A stretch of DNA of 64,000 nt from Vulcanimicrobiota bacterium (GTDB taxonomy: Bacteria; Vulcanimicrobiota; Vulcanimicrobiia; Vulcanimicrobiales; Vulcanimicrobiaceae): positions 526,798 through 590,797 of the forward strand of contig CAWIMO010000006.1 in the NCBI GenBank assembly GCA_963837195.1, written 5' to 3'. The position numbers and the translations under genes were made by a program. Numbering within the stretch: position 1 is the first letter of the stretch; every line of letters starts with the position of its first letter. The notes below the pieces were generated by a model. It was not told the DNA's origin. It saw nothing but the letters and a program-made list of their open reading frames with translations, and did not search any database. Of this stretch, positions 36,939 to 46,090 are shown one piece after another.

Positions 36939-38204
36939 ATGAGTACCACCCTGGAGCAACACCAAGCTCCGCATTTTGACACAGTTGCCATTCATGGCGG
37001 CCACAACGGCGATCCGGCGACCAAAGCGCGCGCGGTTCCGATTTATCAAACCACCTCGTATCGCTTCGACTCGACCGAACACGCCGCCAAACTCTTCGCG
37101 CTCGAAGAATTTGGCAACATCTACACCCGCATCAACAATCCGACGACTGACGTGCTCGAGCAGCGCGTGGCCGCGCTCGAAGGCGGCGCTGCCGCACTCG
37201 CAGTGGCAAGCGGTCAAGCTGCGGTCGTTTACGCGATTCTCAATCTCGCGCGCAGCGGCGATCACATCGTCAGCTCGGCCTCGCTCTACGGCGGCACCTA
37301 CAACGCCTTCGCCCATACGCTCAAACGCTTCGGGGTCGACGTCTCGCTGGTCGACTTCAACGATCCCGCCGCGGTCGCCAAGGCGATCCGCCCGAATACC
37401 AAGGCGATCTTCGCCGAGACGATCGGCAATCCGAAGATCGACGTGCTCGACGTCGAGAAGTACGCCGCGCTTGCCCACGAGCACGGCCTGCCGCTGGTGG
37501 TCGACAACACGCTCGCAACGCCGTATCTGCTGCGCCCGATCGACTACGGCGCCGACATCGTCGTGCACTCGGCCACCAAATTCATCGGCGGCCACGGCAC
37601 CGCGATCGGCGGCGTGATCGTCGACGCCGGCAAGTTCGATTGGGGCAACAATCCGCGCTTCAAGGAATTCGTCGATCCCGATCCGTCGTATCACGGCCTG
37701 CAGTACGCGCCGGTCTTCGGGAACATCGCCTATATACTGAAGGCGCGCGTCCAGCTGCTGCGCGACGTCGGCGCGGCGCTCTCGCCGTTCAATGCCTGGC
37801 TGCTGCTGCAAGGGCTCGAAACGCTCGGCCTGCGGGTCGAACGCCACGTCAGCAACGCGCAGGCGGTGGTCGCGTTCCTCGAAGCGCATCCGCAAGTGGC
37901 CTCGGTTGCCTACCCGCGGTCCGAGAAGTATCTGCCCAAAGGCGGCGGCGCGATTCTGACCTTCCGCGTCAAGGGCGACGCCGCGCGCGCAAAACAGGTC
38001 ATCGATCGGCTCAAGCTCTTCTCGCTGCTCGCCAACGTTGGTGATGCGAAGTCGCTGGTGATTCATCCGGCCAGCACCACGCACGCGCAACTCACGCCGG
38101 AAGAACAGGCGCAAAGCAACGTCGACGAATCGACGATCCGTTTGTCGGTCGGCATCGAGGACAAGCGGGACATCATCGCCGACCTCGAACAAGCGCTCGC
38201 GTAA
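36939..38204 (+). CDS. metY: O-acetylhomoserine aminocarboxypropyltransferase (sulfhydrylase)
   Basis: FDTVAIHGG...[12 protein letters not shown]...[22 protein letters not shown]...[11 protein letters not shown]. Confidence 0.9.
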   Translation: MSTTLEQHQAPHFDTVAIHGGHNGDPATKARAVPIYQTTSYRFDSTEHAAKLFALEEFGNIYTRINNPTTDVLEQRVAALEGGAAALAVASGQAAVVYAILNLARSGDHIVSSASLYGGTYNAFAHTLKRFGVDVSLVDFNDPAAVAKAIRPNTKAIFAETIGNPKIDVLDVEKYAALAHEHGLPLVVDNTLATPYLLRPIDYGADIVVHSATKFIGGHGTAIGGVIVDAGKFDWGNNPRFKEFVDPDPSYHGLQYAPVFGNIAYILKARVQLLRDVGAALSPFNAWLLLQGLETLGLRVERHVSNAQAVVAFLEAHPQVASVAYPRSEKYLPKGGGAILTFRVKGDAARAKQVIDRLKLFSLLANVGDAKSLVIHPASTTHAQLTPEEQAQSNVDESTIRLSVGIEDKRDIIADLEQALA

Positions 38205-39149
38205 GTGCGCGAAGAAACGATCGACATCGGCGCGTTGGAACTGGACTGCGGGGACACCCTCCCCGCGGTCCAGCAGCGCGTCACGATCGATGGCACGCCC
38301 AACGCCGACGGCAGCAACGTCGTCTTCGCCGCGCACGCGCTGACCGGCTCGAGCCGCGTCGCCGAGTGGTGGCCGAACATCGTGGGCGAGGGCGCACTCT
38401 TCGACCGTCGCTACTGGTGCGTCATCGGCATCAACGTCCTGGGCGGCTGCTATGGATCAACGCGACCGGAACAACGCGTTACGGTACGCGACATGGTGCG
38501 TGCGCAACTGCGCGTGTTCGATGCGTTGCAATTGCCGCGGATCGCCGTCGTCGTCGGCGGGTCGCTCGGCGGCATGCAGGCGCTGCAGTGGGCGCTCGAT
38601 GCGCCGCAGCGCGTCGGTCATGCGATCGTGATCGGCGCAAGCGATCACCATACCGCGATGGGCATCGCGCTCAACGCCGTACAGCGCGAAGCGATCGCGC
38701 TCGATCCGGTGCGCGGCGTTGCGCTGGCCCGCAAGATCGCGATGCTCACGTATAAGAGCGACGACCTCTTCGCCGCGCGCCACGACCGCAAAACCGATCG
38801 CAAGGGACGTGCGCAATTCGACGTCGAGGGCTACCTCGATCACCAAGGCGCCAAGTTCGTCGATCGTATGGACGGCGCAACCTACACGTTGCTCACCCAT
38901 GCGATGGATAGCTTCGACGTACGCGGGCGCGCAGGACCCGCTGGAGTCGATCTCACCTTTGTCGGCATCTCTTCGGATTGGCTCTTTCGTCCGCAAGAGA
39001 TCCGCGCCGCCGCAAAGCGTTTGCACGCGCGCTATCTCGAACTCGACAGCAATCACGGCCACGACGCATTCTTAGCAGAACCTGACCGCCTGCGCGACCT
39101 GCTCGCGCCCATCGTTCCAACGCCCATCCCTTTGTCATCGCGCGCGTAG
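38205..39149 (+). CDS. metX: Homoserine O-acetyltransferase
   Basis: VVFAAHALTGSS...GGSLGGMQALQWA (Ser), SSDWLF (Asp), HGHDAFL (His). The last codons and the TAG lie in a degenerate repeat unit. Confidence 0.85.
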   Translation: MREETIDIGALELDCGDTLPAVQQRVTIDGTPNADGSNVVFAAHALTGSSRVAEWWPNIVGEGALFDRRYWCVIGINVLGGCYGSTRPEQRVTVRDMVRAQLRVFDALQLPRIAVVVGGSLGGMQALQWALDAPQRVGHAIVIGASDHHTAMGIALNAVQREAIALDPVRGVALARKIAMLTYKSDDLFAARHDRKTDRKGRAQFDVEGYLDHQGAKFVDRMDGATYTLLTHAMDSFDVRGRAGPAGVDLTFVGISSDWLFRPQEIRAAAKRLHARYLELDSNHGHDAFLAEPDRLRDLLAPIVPTPIPLSSRA

Positions 39150-39155
39150 CGAAGC
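39129..39155 (+). repeat. Degenerate dispersed-repeat unit overlapping the metX 3' end
   Basis: cctttgtcatcgcgcgcgtagcgaagc compared with the canonical ccttgtcatcccgagcgtagcgaagc. Confidence 0.5.
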
Positions 39156-39204
39156 ACGCCCCATCCGTGGGAATGATGCTATACTCGTGCCCAAAGGAGC
39201 CTGT

Positions 39205-39496
39205 GTGAGCGCTCATCCCTTCGAAAGCCGCATCGCCCAATATCGAGGGCGTCAACGTCCAGATCGCCGACCGTCTGAACGGCATTGATGGCCGGCTTGA
39301 TTCGCTCGACCGTAGCCTACGCTCCGAGATCGGCGAGGTGCGCTCGGAGATCGGCGGCTTGCGATCCGAGATAAACGTGCGATTCGCCCAGGTCGATGGC
39401 CGCTTCGCCCAAATCGATCAAAAATTCATGTGGCTAATCGGCATCAACGTCACTTCATGGACGACGCTCATGGCCACGATTTTCATCCGCCACTAA
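39205..39496 (+). pseudogene. Coiled-coil, C-terminally membrane-anchored small protein, frameshifted copy (paralog of 41250-41507)
   Basis: Same upstream TGCTATACT and AAAGGAG as the intact copy. One extra nt near 39243 leads to a TGA. The downstream frame reads IEGVNVQIADRLNGIDGRLDSLDRSLRSEIGEVRSEIGGLRSEINVRFAQVDGRFAQIDQKFMWLIGINVTSWTTLMATIFIRH*. Confidence 0.6.
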
Positions 39497-39543
39497 GCGC
39501 CCGCTGAAACTCGCCGGAGACGCACGGGTACCCACAGACACCG

Positions 39544-40260
39544 ATGGTAACGCGCGCTGCTCTACCGGTTCACGCCAGTTGGGAATCCTACTCGCCACCA
39601 AGCGCCACCGTCTTGGCGCTCATCTTGCTGGCGATCGCCGTGCTGCTCGTCTGGGGTGCCACTCGTATTCGCACACCAATCGCGCCGGCGCGGCCCGGAT
39701 GGATCGTCACCAGCCTGCTCGTCGCGATCTGGTTGCTCAGCATCGCAATGGTCCTGGTAGCGTCGCATGTGTACGGGGAGCAGTTGCGCCAAATGCACCT
39801 GCTCTTTCGCGCACCGAGGGTGAAGGTTGGAACGTTCCTCTACGCCGCGATCACCTTCGTTGTCATCGCGTACTTGACGCGCCGCTTCGGCTGGCGAACG
39901 GCGCTCGTAAGTGGCGTCATCGGGGCCGCAGCCGCCCCGATGCTCTTCGAGCTTCCCTTCGATCTCGTCGTCATCGCGAAGATCTACCCGCCGATTCCAC
40001 CGAGCCCGGCGCTGTACCGTGAACTCTTCTTCTTGCCGCTGTTCATCGTCGAGCTCTCGACGATCGCGCTGTTAGCGGTCCTGCCGTCGATGCGGATCAC
40101 GCGCGGCGCCGTGTATGCGCTCGCCGCGATGTTCGCAGTCTTCGCGCTATGGGCCGTCTTCGGTTTCAGCTACCCCGACGTATGGCTCCCGAAGAGCCTC
40201 AACGTCGCCTCGAAGATCCTGTGCTTCGTCGCCGCCACGTTGCTTTTCACCCAACGCTAG
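39544..40260 (+). CDS. Integral membrane protein, function unknown
   Basis: Six or so hydrophobic segments; normal codon usage. Confidence 0.6.
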   Translation: MVTRAALPVHASWESYSPPSATVLALILLAIAVLLVWGATRIRTPIAPARPGWIVTSLLVAIWLLSIAMVLVASHVYGEQLRQMHLLFRAPRVKVGTFLYAAITFVVIAYLTRRFGWRTALVSGVIGAAAAPMLFELPFDLVVIAKIYPPIPPSPALYRELFFLPLFIVELSTIALLAVLPSMRITRGAVYALAAMFAVFALWAVFGFSYPDVWLPKSLNVASKILCFVAATLLFTQR

Positions 40261-40312
40261 CAAGCCCCTAGCTGCACCGTCCCGCCGCTTTGTGGGCATA
40301 ACAAGCGGGAGT

Positions 40313-41182
40313 ATGAAAAGTGGCCATCAGGATCTCGCCGAGCGAGCCGGCGCGCCTGTGGCGTCCGGCATTGAAACCCGGCCAGATACGCCGAGCACAC
40401 CCGAGCCCATCGAGCTCTCCTTGCAGCGCGCCGAGCACCCTTATCTCAACGTCGATCCGCAGGCCGCGGAAGTCCTCGTCGAGACGGTCTTCAGCGGTGC
40501 CCATCAGCCGATACCGCGTCTGCGCTACGCCACGGCCTATAAGTTGGCCGAAGGACGCACGGGCGGCGATATCATCGACGTCTTCCGCTACGACAACGAT
40601 CAAGTCTCGATCGCCGTAGCGGACATCGCCGGCAAAGGTATGCAAGCCGCCGTGCACGCGGCGATGATCAAATACGGTCTGCGCGCATTCGTCTCTAACG
40701 GTGCGACGCCCGAGAAAAGCGTACGCTGCTTAGACCGGCTCTATCTAGAAAATAATGCGCACGAAAGGACCGAGTCGTTCGCGACGGTATTTTTGGGCAT
40801 CGCGGACGACACTCGCCGCTCGCTGCAGTATACGAACGCAGCCTTGGAATGCGCCCTGGTGGTCCATCCCAACGGCCAGGCGGTTTGGCTGCCGCCCACG
40901 GCGCCGCTGGTCGGTGTCTTCGACGATCAGCATCATCTCTTCAAACAGCAGTTCACAGTGCTCGCCAAAGGGTCGCTCTTGGTGCTGGCGACGGACGGTG
41001 TCTCGGAAGCGCGCAACCGCAAAGGGAAAACGTTCGGGTGTGAGCCCATCAAAGAAACGGTCGTCGCGCGCCGCACGCACAGCGAGGCGGAGATCGCGCA
41101 ATCGCTTCTTGCGGCGGTTGAAGCGTTCGCGGATGACCGCCACCGCGATGATATCGCGATCGTCGTCGCGCGCTTCCTCTAG
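40313..41182 (+). CDS. PP2C-family (SpoIIE-type) serine phosphatase
   Basis: Internal ATG after the upstream stop; GGDIIDVF...SIAVADIAGKGMQAAVHA...FLGIAD...VLATDGVSEA...DDIAIVVARF. Confidence 0.8.
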   Translation: MKSGHQDLAERAGAPVASGIETRPDTPSTPEPIELSLQRAEHPYLNVDPQAAEVLVETVFSGAHQPIPRLRYATAYKLAEGRTGGDIIDVFRYDNDQVSIAVADIAGKGMQAAVHAAMIKYGLRAFVSNGATPEKSVRCLDRLYLENNAHERTESFATVFLGIADDTRRSLQYTNAALECALVVHPNGQAVWLPPTAPLVGVFDDQHHLFKQQFTVLAKGSLLVLATDGVSEARNRKGKTFGCEPIKETVVARRTHSEAEIAQSLLAAVEAFADDRHRDDIAIVVARFL

Positions 41183-41249
41183 GGTCAGACGACCTTGCTG
41201 CGCCTGCCTCTCCGTGGCAAGGATGGTATACTTTCCCAAAGGAGCCCAG

Positions 41250-41507
41250 GTGAGCGCCGAACCTCTTGACAGCCGGATCGCCCGTTTGGAGGGCATCAAC
41301 GTCCAAATCGCCGATCGGCTGAACGGGATCGACGGTCGGCTCGATTCGCTCGATCGAAGCCTACGATCCGAGATCGGCGGCTTGAGAACCGAAATGAGTT
41401 CGCGCTTCGCCCAGGTTGATCAGAAATTCATGTGGGTGATCGGCCTCAATGTAACATCGTGGACGACGTTGATGGCCGTTATATTGGCGGCTTTCTTCCG
41501 TCACTGA
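41250..41507 (+). CDS. Coiled-coil small protein with C-terminal TM anchor (intact copy)
   Basis: TGGTATACT extended -10, AAAGGAG SD, GTG start; VSAEPLDSRIARLEGINVQIADRLNGIDGRLDSLDRSLRSEIGGLRTEMSSRFAQVDQKFMWVIGLNVTSWTTLMAVILAAFFRH*. Confidence 0.7.
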   Translation: MSAEPLDSRIARLEGINVQIADRLNGIDGRLDSLDRSLRSEIGGLRTEMSSRFAQVDQKFMWVIGLNVTSWTTLMAVILAAFFRH

Positions 41508-41510
41508 CCG

Positions 41511-42386
41511 TTAAGGCACGATCGCGTAAATCCCGAGTGCCCCCACGCCTTGATGCGTGGCGATCGTCAGCGATGCTTCGTGCACGTACTCTTGCGCTGG
41601 CGGGTGGCCGAGTTTGGTTTCGAACATCGTCTTGAGCGCCTCGGCCGCTTCTTGCGCCTGCGTGTGCCCGAACGAGACGCGCACGTTGGGCGCATGGCCG
41701 ATCGCACGAACGACCGCCTCGGCCATCAGCTCGCACGTCTTTTCGAACGAGAAGCTCTGACCCGCCGGCACGATCACACCCTCTTCATTAAACTTGAGCA
41801 CCAATCGCACGTTGGTCAGCGAACCGAGCGCAACGACCGCCGCAGGTAGCCGGCCGCTGCGCCCAAGCGTAGCAACGTCGTGCATCGCAAAGTACGCGGC
41901 GCTGCGTAGCGCCTTGGGGTCCACGCGCCGCACGATCTCGGCCATGGGTTTCCCGCTCTTGGCAAGTTCCAACGCGTAGAGCGCGAGCAGCGTCTGCGCA
42001 CCCGCGGAACCCAGCGAGTCGATCACGTGCACGTGATCGCCGAACTCCTTGGCCGCCGCCAGCGCGTTCGCGTAACTCTGCGAGATCTTCGACGAGAGCA
42101 CAATCGCGACGACGTCGTTGCCGGCGGCGCTCAGGCGCGCAAACGCCTCGTGAAATTGCGCTTGCGACGGCGATTCGGTCTTGGGAATCTCGCCCGCCGC
42201 AACGCGGCGAAAGAACGTGGCGCGATCGATGTCCACCCCATCGCGCAGCCGGTCCTCGCCAAGCAGGATCCAAACCGGCACGACCTCGATGCCCACGCGC
42301 GCCGCCTCGGCGCCGGAGAGATCGCTACCACTATCAGTGACAATCGTAATAGCCACGGTGCTTCCCCCTGCTTGCTCGGTTACCAA
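41511..42386 (-). CDS. DegV-family fatty-acid-binding protein
   Basis: VAITIVTDSGSDLS...GIEVVPVWILLGEDRLRDGVDI...IVLSSKISQSY. Confidence 0.85.
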   Translation of the reverse strand: MVTEQAGGSTVAITIVTDSGSDLSGAEAARVGIEVVPVWILLGEDRLRDGVDIDRATFFRRVAAGEIPKTESPSQAQFHEAFARLSAAGNDVVAIVLSSKISQSYANALAAAKEFGDHVHVIDSLGSAGAQTLLALYALELAKSGKPMAEIVRRVDPKALRSAAYFAMHDVATLGRSGRLPAAVVALGSLTNVRLVLKFNEEGVIVPAGQSFSFEKTCELMAEAVVRAIGHAPNVRVSFGHTQAQEAAEALKTMFETKLGHPPAQEYVHEASLTIATHQGVGALGIYAIVP

Positions 42387-42447
42387 TGGCCCGCGCTTTG
42401 ACCTTTATGCTACGCTCGCGAGGCAACGACCGCGATCGGAGTTATCG

Positions 42448-42906
42448 ATGAACGAAGTACAAGTCGAGCATACGAACTTTGTGATGCCGCCGCAGGAGGG
42501 CTTCACCGTTGCGCTGTTCCTCACCGTCGCCGACGTTCAGCGCGCGGTTCAGTTCTACCAAACCGTCTTCGGCGGCAAAGTTTTGCGCAAAAGCCTACAA
42601 GGGCCCGACGACCCCGCCTACGTCCAAATCGGGAACACCTGGCTCATCTTCAATCCGGGCGGCGGTCCGACACCCGATAAACCGAGCGTGACGCTGCGTA
42701 CGCCCGATCCGGATATGATCAGCAGCTTCATGAACCTGCGCGTCGCGGACATTCACGCCTGCTACGAACTGTGGAAAAGCCGCGGCGCAACGTTTCTCAC
42801 CGAACCCAAAGACAAATACGGCGAAACGCGCTGCTACATCCGCGATCCCGACGGTTACATTATCGAAGTCGGACAAAGCAAACCCGGCTTCTTCGACCAG
42901 AACTAG
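42448..42906 (+). CDS. VOC-family (glyoxalase-like) protein, intact paralog of the 19315-19699 pseudogene
   Basis: FTVALFLTVADVQRAVQFYQTVFGG...MNLRVADIHACYELWKSRGATFLTEPK...IRDPDGYIIEV. Confidence 0.8.
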   Translation: MNEVQVEHTNFVMPPQEGFTVALFLTVADVQRAVQFYQTVFGGKVLRKSLQGPDDPAYVQIGNTWLIFNPGGGPTPDKPSVTLRTPDPDMISSFMNLRVADIHACYELWKSRGATFLTEPKDKYGETRCYIRDPDGYIIEVGQSKPGFFDQN

Positions 42907-43215
42907 CAGCAAGCGTTATCACGGCAAGCGTCGCGTAAAACGGCGACGGATTAGCCGCGGCGTCGAAGGCACTGGCGAGCGATGCCGCGGCAAATGTCCA
43001 TGCCCACATTCCGGAGTTAAACGGCTCGCCCCACCCCATTCGCCACAGTCGCACCGAAAGGCTGGCGAAAAAAAGCGCGCTGAACGCGGGCACCATAAAC
43101 GCGGGACCAGCCGATGGCCGGCGAAGCGTGCCCGGCTTTGCCCACCGCGCGCCACGCCAAGCCGAGCCCCGCGATCCCCATGACCGCTGCGAAGGACTGG
43201 GGCTGAATCGGTCGT
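42900..43215 (-). pseudogene. Remnant of a TehA/SLAC1-family transporter (N- and C-terminal pieces; middle ~200 aa missing)
   Basis: IQPQSFAAVMGIAGLGLAWRAVG (family N-terminus) in one frame and PFNSGMWAWTFAAASLASAFDAAANPSPFYATLAVITLAA (family C-terminus) in another, only ~100 nt apart. Confidence 0.5.
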
Positions 43216-43219
43216 GACA

Positions 43220-44713
43220 CTAGTTGGTGAGGTCCGCGAAGCCCTTTGCGTCCACGATGAACTTCGGCACCGTAAACGCCGACGAACAACCGTTGACGTT
43301 GAGCCCCTTGGCCGATTGCGCGCGCACGAATTGCAGCATGAGGGCGTCGGTGCACGGTGTCTCGGCGGCATGCCCTGCGCCCTGCACGAGCGCGATCCTG
43401 GCATTCGGTAAGTACGTCGCCGCCGCTGCCCCATACTTCGGCGGCGTGGCTGGGTCGTCGGAGCCCGAGAGCATCAGCACCGGCGCATCACTGCGCACCG
43501 GATCATTGAAGCTGGCCGGCATCGCCGGCACATTCCAAAGCGTACACGCGGCTCGCTGCGCCGCGATACGCAGGCTTCCGGTAAACGAGTGTTGCGCTGC
43601 GTAGTCGACCGCGCGCTGATCGAGGAATGGGACGAACTCCGCGCACGCGTACGAGAACCACGCGCCGTTGGTGAGATCCTCGTTGAGGTCCACGGCGACG
43701 ACGTTGATCAGCGTGGCAAGCGGCGCCGTGTCGCCGTGCGCGGCGCGATCGATGGCAAACGGAACGAAGGCCGCAGCTCCCGGGTCGTAGAGCGTCTGCC
43801 GCAAATGATCGACAAACACTTCCTTCGAGAGCTGCACGGTGATCGGCTTCACGCCCTTTTTGAGCACCAGCGTGACCGGAATCGGCGCCTTGCCGAGACG
43901 CTGCACGAGCGCGGCGAACTCCGCGGCGAAATTCGGGAAATGCGTGTTGCACGCCGCATCCTGCTTGCACTTCACAATAAGATCGTCGAGGGCGCGCTGC
44001 GCGCCCATCGGCTCGCCAGGCAACGGCTGGAATCCCGGGGGTGCCACGCCGTTGAGCACGGCGCTCTCCACGCTTTGCGGATGACGCCGCATATAAATGA
44101 GGGAAAAGAACGTACCGTACGAGCCGCCGTCGAGCACCAGTTTTGGATAGCCGAGCGCCGCGCGAAGGTCGTCCAGATCATCGACGGCATAGTTGGTGTT
44201 GTAGTCGGCGAGATTGCCAAGCGCTGCGTCCTTCGCGCGACATCCGATCACGACGTCGTGCGGGAAGAGCTTGAGGAAGTACGCGGCGGGATCCGACTGC
44301 GGCGCAATGTCGCATGGCAAGCCGTTCGAGTCGCCCATCCCGCGATCGTCCATAAACATGACGTTGTAACGGTCGCGCAGTTGCGCGACCGCTTTCTCGA
44401 AGCGTCCGTCCGCGATGAACGGCGCGTACGGTACCGCGCTCTCGCCCGGGCCGCCGGCGACGATGACGATCGCGCGATTCGACGGCTGCTTCGCTTTGAG
44501 CACGACGAACGTGATCGCTATGATACGTCCGCGCTGCGTCGCGCGATTTTCGTAGACGCCATACGTCCCGCACAGCGACGGCACGCGGGCTTTCCCTTCG
44601 GTACAGGGTCTCGCGTGAAGGCCGAGCGCCGCGGGAGCACCCGACACCGAGCCGATCGGCAGCAGCATCGCCGCCGCGGCAAGCGCCAGCGGCGCGAATC
44701 GCAGTCGTTGCAT
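43220..44713 (-). CDS. Secreted alpha/beta hydrolase, S33 (TAP/tripeptidyl-aminopeptidase-like) family
   Basis: Signal peptide MQRLRFAPLALAAAAMLLPIGSVSG; VAGGPGES; DDRGMGDS; GGSYGTFF. Confidence 0.8.
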   Translation of the reverse strand: MQRLRFAPLALAAAAMLLPIGSVSGAPAALGLHARPCTEGKARVPSLCGTYGVYENRATQRGRIIAITFVVLKAKQPSNRAIVIVAGGPGESAVPYAPFIADGRFEKAVAQLRDRYNVMFMDDRGMGDSNGLPCDIAPQSDPAAYFLKLFPHDVVIGCRAKDAALGNLADYNTNYAVDDLDDLRAALGYPKLVLDGGSYGTFFSLIYMRRHPQSVESAVLNGVAPPGFQPLPGEPMGAQRALDDLIVKCKQDAACNTHFPNFAAEFAALVQRLGKAPIPVTLVLKKGVKPITVQLSKEVFVDHLRQTLYDPGAAAFVPFAIDRAAHGDTAPLATLINVVAVDLNEDLTNGAWFSYACAEFVPFLDQRAVDYAAQHSFTGSLRIAAQRAACTLWNVPAMPASFNDPVRSDAPVLMLSGSDDPATPPKYGAAAATYLPNARIALVQGAGHAAETPCTDALMLQFVRAQSAKGLNVNGCSSAFTVPKFIVDAKGFADLTN

Positions 44714-44783
44714 GCGCGTTCGTTCCCGGCTGTCCAGGACCAGTCCCCTGCCTTCCGCGCGGTTTGCGCTATCGTGAGCGTAT

Positions 44784-45224
44784 ATGAAATTGCTTGCCGC
44801 AATGGTCACGCTTGCGCTTTGCATCGCGCTCGCCGCCCCGTGCCTTGCCAAGGGCACAGCGCGCGTCCATGCGAGCGACGGCAGCGTGCGCGTCTACCAC
44901 AATGTCACGATCGACGTCGTCCACCACACGCTGCGCGTCACCAGCGCCGACGGCCAGACGACCTTTGTGATCAATCAATCCGCGTGCGCTTACGTCGGTA
45001 TGTTCGAGCACTGCACGCCGCTGCGCATCAGTCTGCAACGCGGCGGCACCACGCGCACACTCGACATCGCCAACGGCACCGTCTACATCAATCCGACCAA
45101 CGAGATCCAGACGCTCCCGCGGTCGTCGACGCAGCTTCCCCCGCGCGGCATTATGCTCACCGTGCAAACGAAGATCGGTACCTACGTCGCGATCAACGGC
45201 CGGATCGACAGTTTGACGCGATAA
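44784..45224 (+). CDS. Secreted hypothetical protein
   Basis: Signal peptide MKLLAAMVTLALCIALAAPCLA. Confidence 0.55.
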   Translation: MKLLAAMVTLALCIALAAPCLAKGTARVHASDGSVRVYHNVTIDVVHHTLRVTSADGQTTFVINQSACAYVGMFEHCTPLRISLQRGGTTRTLDIANGTVYINPTNEIQTLPRSSTQLPPRGIMLTVQTKIGTYVAINGRIDSLTR

Positions 45225-46075
45225 TGGAAAAGCTCGCTGTCGCCGTCTTTCTTATCGCCTTCATGGTGTTCGCGGGGCTCGAATGCGACTACCACGACTT
45301 GCTTGTCGCAATCGAAGGCCGCGCGCGCATGGCCCGCATTCTCATCGCCAACTTCATCGTCGTTCCACTGATCGCCGTGATCGTGGTGCGCCTCTTGGCG
45401 CTCGAGGATTTCATCGCCACCGGCATTTTGCTCATGGCAATTGCGCCGGGCGTGCCGTTCCTGCCGATGGTTGCCGGCGTCAAAAAAGGCGGCAGCGCCG
45501 GTCTCGCAGCGGGCCTGGTGGTCGTCCTTCCCGCGCTCTCGATTCTGACGGTGCCGATTACTGCGCCGCTCATTTTGCCGGAAAACGCGGAGGCCCACAT
45601 TCGGTTCGCTCCGTTTGTCATCAATCTCGTGCTGCTCCAACTGCTGCCGCTCTGCATCGGCCTGTGGATCCGTGCGCGCGCGGCGCAGGCGGCCCCAATG
45701 GTGCGTAAGGTCGCCCTGGCATTCATGGCTGTCGCCGGATTGCTGGTGCTCTACTTTGTCGTCCCCGCGATGGGACACGCATTCGCCGTCGTCTTTGGCA
45801 CGCGCGGGCTCATGGCGGTGCTCTTGATCGTCATCCTGTCCGCCGTCACCGGCTGGGCCTTCGGCGGCACGACCCCTGAATATCGGCGCACGATCACGCT
45901 CGCCACGATCATGCGCAACTTCGGCTTGGCCCTGTTGATCGCCGGTCAGAATTTCGAGGGCACGATCGTCAGTGCCGTCGTGCTGGCCTACTTCGCCATC
46001 CAGTTCATCGTGACCAATCTGCTCGGCTTGGTCCTCAAGCGCCGCGACGCCGGCTTGGCCCGGACCGCGTCCTAG
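45224..46075 (+). CDS. Bile acid:sodium symporter (BASS)-family transporter
   Basis: TAATG overlap; FIVVPLIAVIVV...LLMAIAPGVPFLPMVAGVKKGG...ATIMRNFGLALLIA. The 828-aa track ORF in this frame is a GC artefact upstream of 45224. Confidence 0.7.
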   Translation: MEKLAVAVFLIAFMVFAGLECDYHDLLVAIEGRARMARILIANFIVVPLIAVIVVRLLALEDFIATGILLMAIAPGVPFLPMVAGVKKGGSAGLAAGLVVVLPALSILTVPITAPLILPENAEAHIRFAPFVINLVLLQLLPLCIGLWIRARAAQAAPMVRKVALAFMAVAGLLVLYFVVPAMGHAFAVVFGTRGLMAVLLIVILSAVTGWAFGGTTPEYRRTITLATIMRNFGLALLIAGQNFEGTIVSAVVLAYFAIQFIVTNLLGLVLKRRDAGLARTAS

Positions 46076-46090
46076 ACAAACTCCGCGGCG

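Noticed and set aside
40115-40312. N-terminal extension of the PP2C ORF overlapping the upstream membrane-protein gene
   Set aside because: The extension is Arg/Ser/Pro-rich and overlaps a well-formed membrane ORF in another frame. The internal ATG at 40313, after the upstream stop, is the plausible start.
43589-46075. 828-aa + strand ORF, together with other very long Arg/Ala-rich ORFs (309-1067, 6272-7591, 24731-26425, 36927-38336, 35822-36898, 55337-56359 and others)
   Set aside because: They have a typical high-GC antisense/off-frame composition (runs of R, A, G, P) and no motifs. They overlap genes with clear homology on the other strand or frame. Only the last 852 nt of 43589-46075 (the BASS transporter from ATG 45224) look real.
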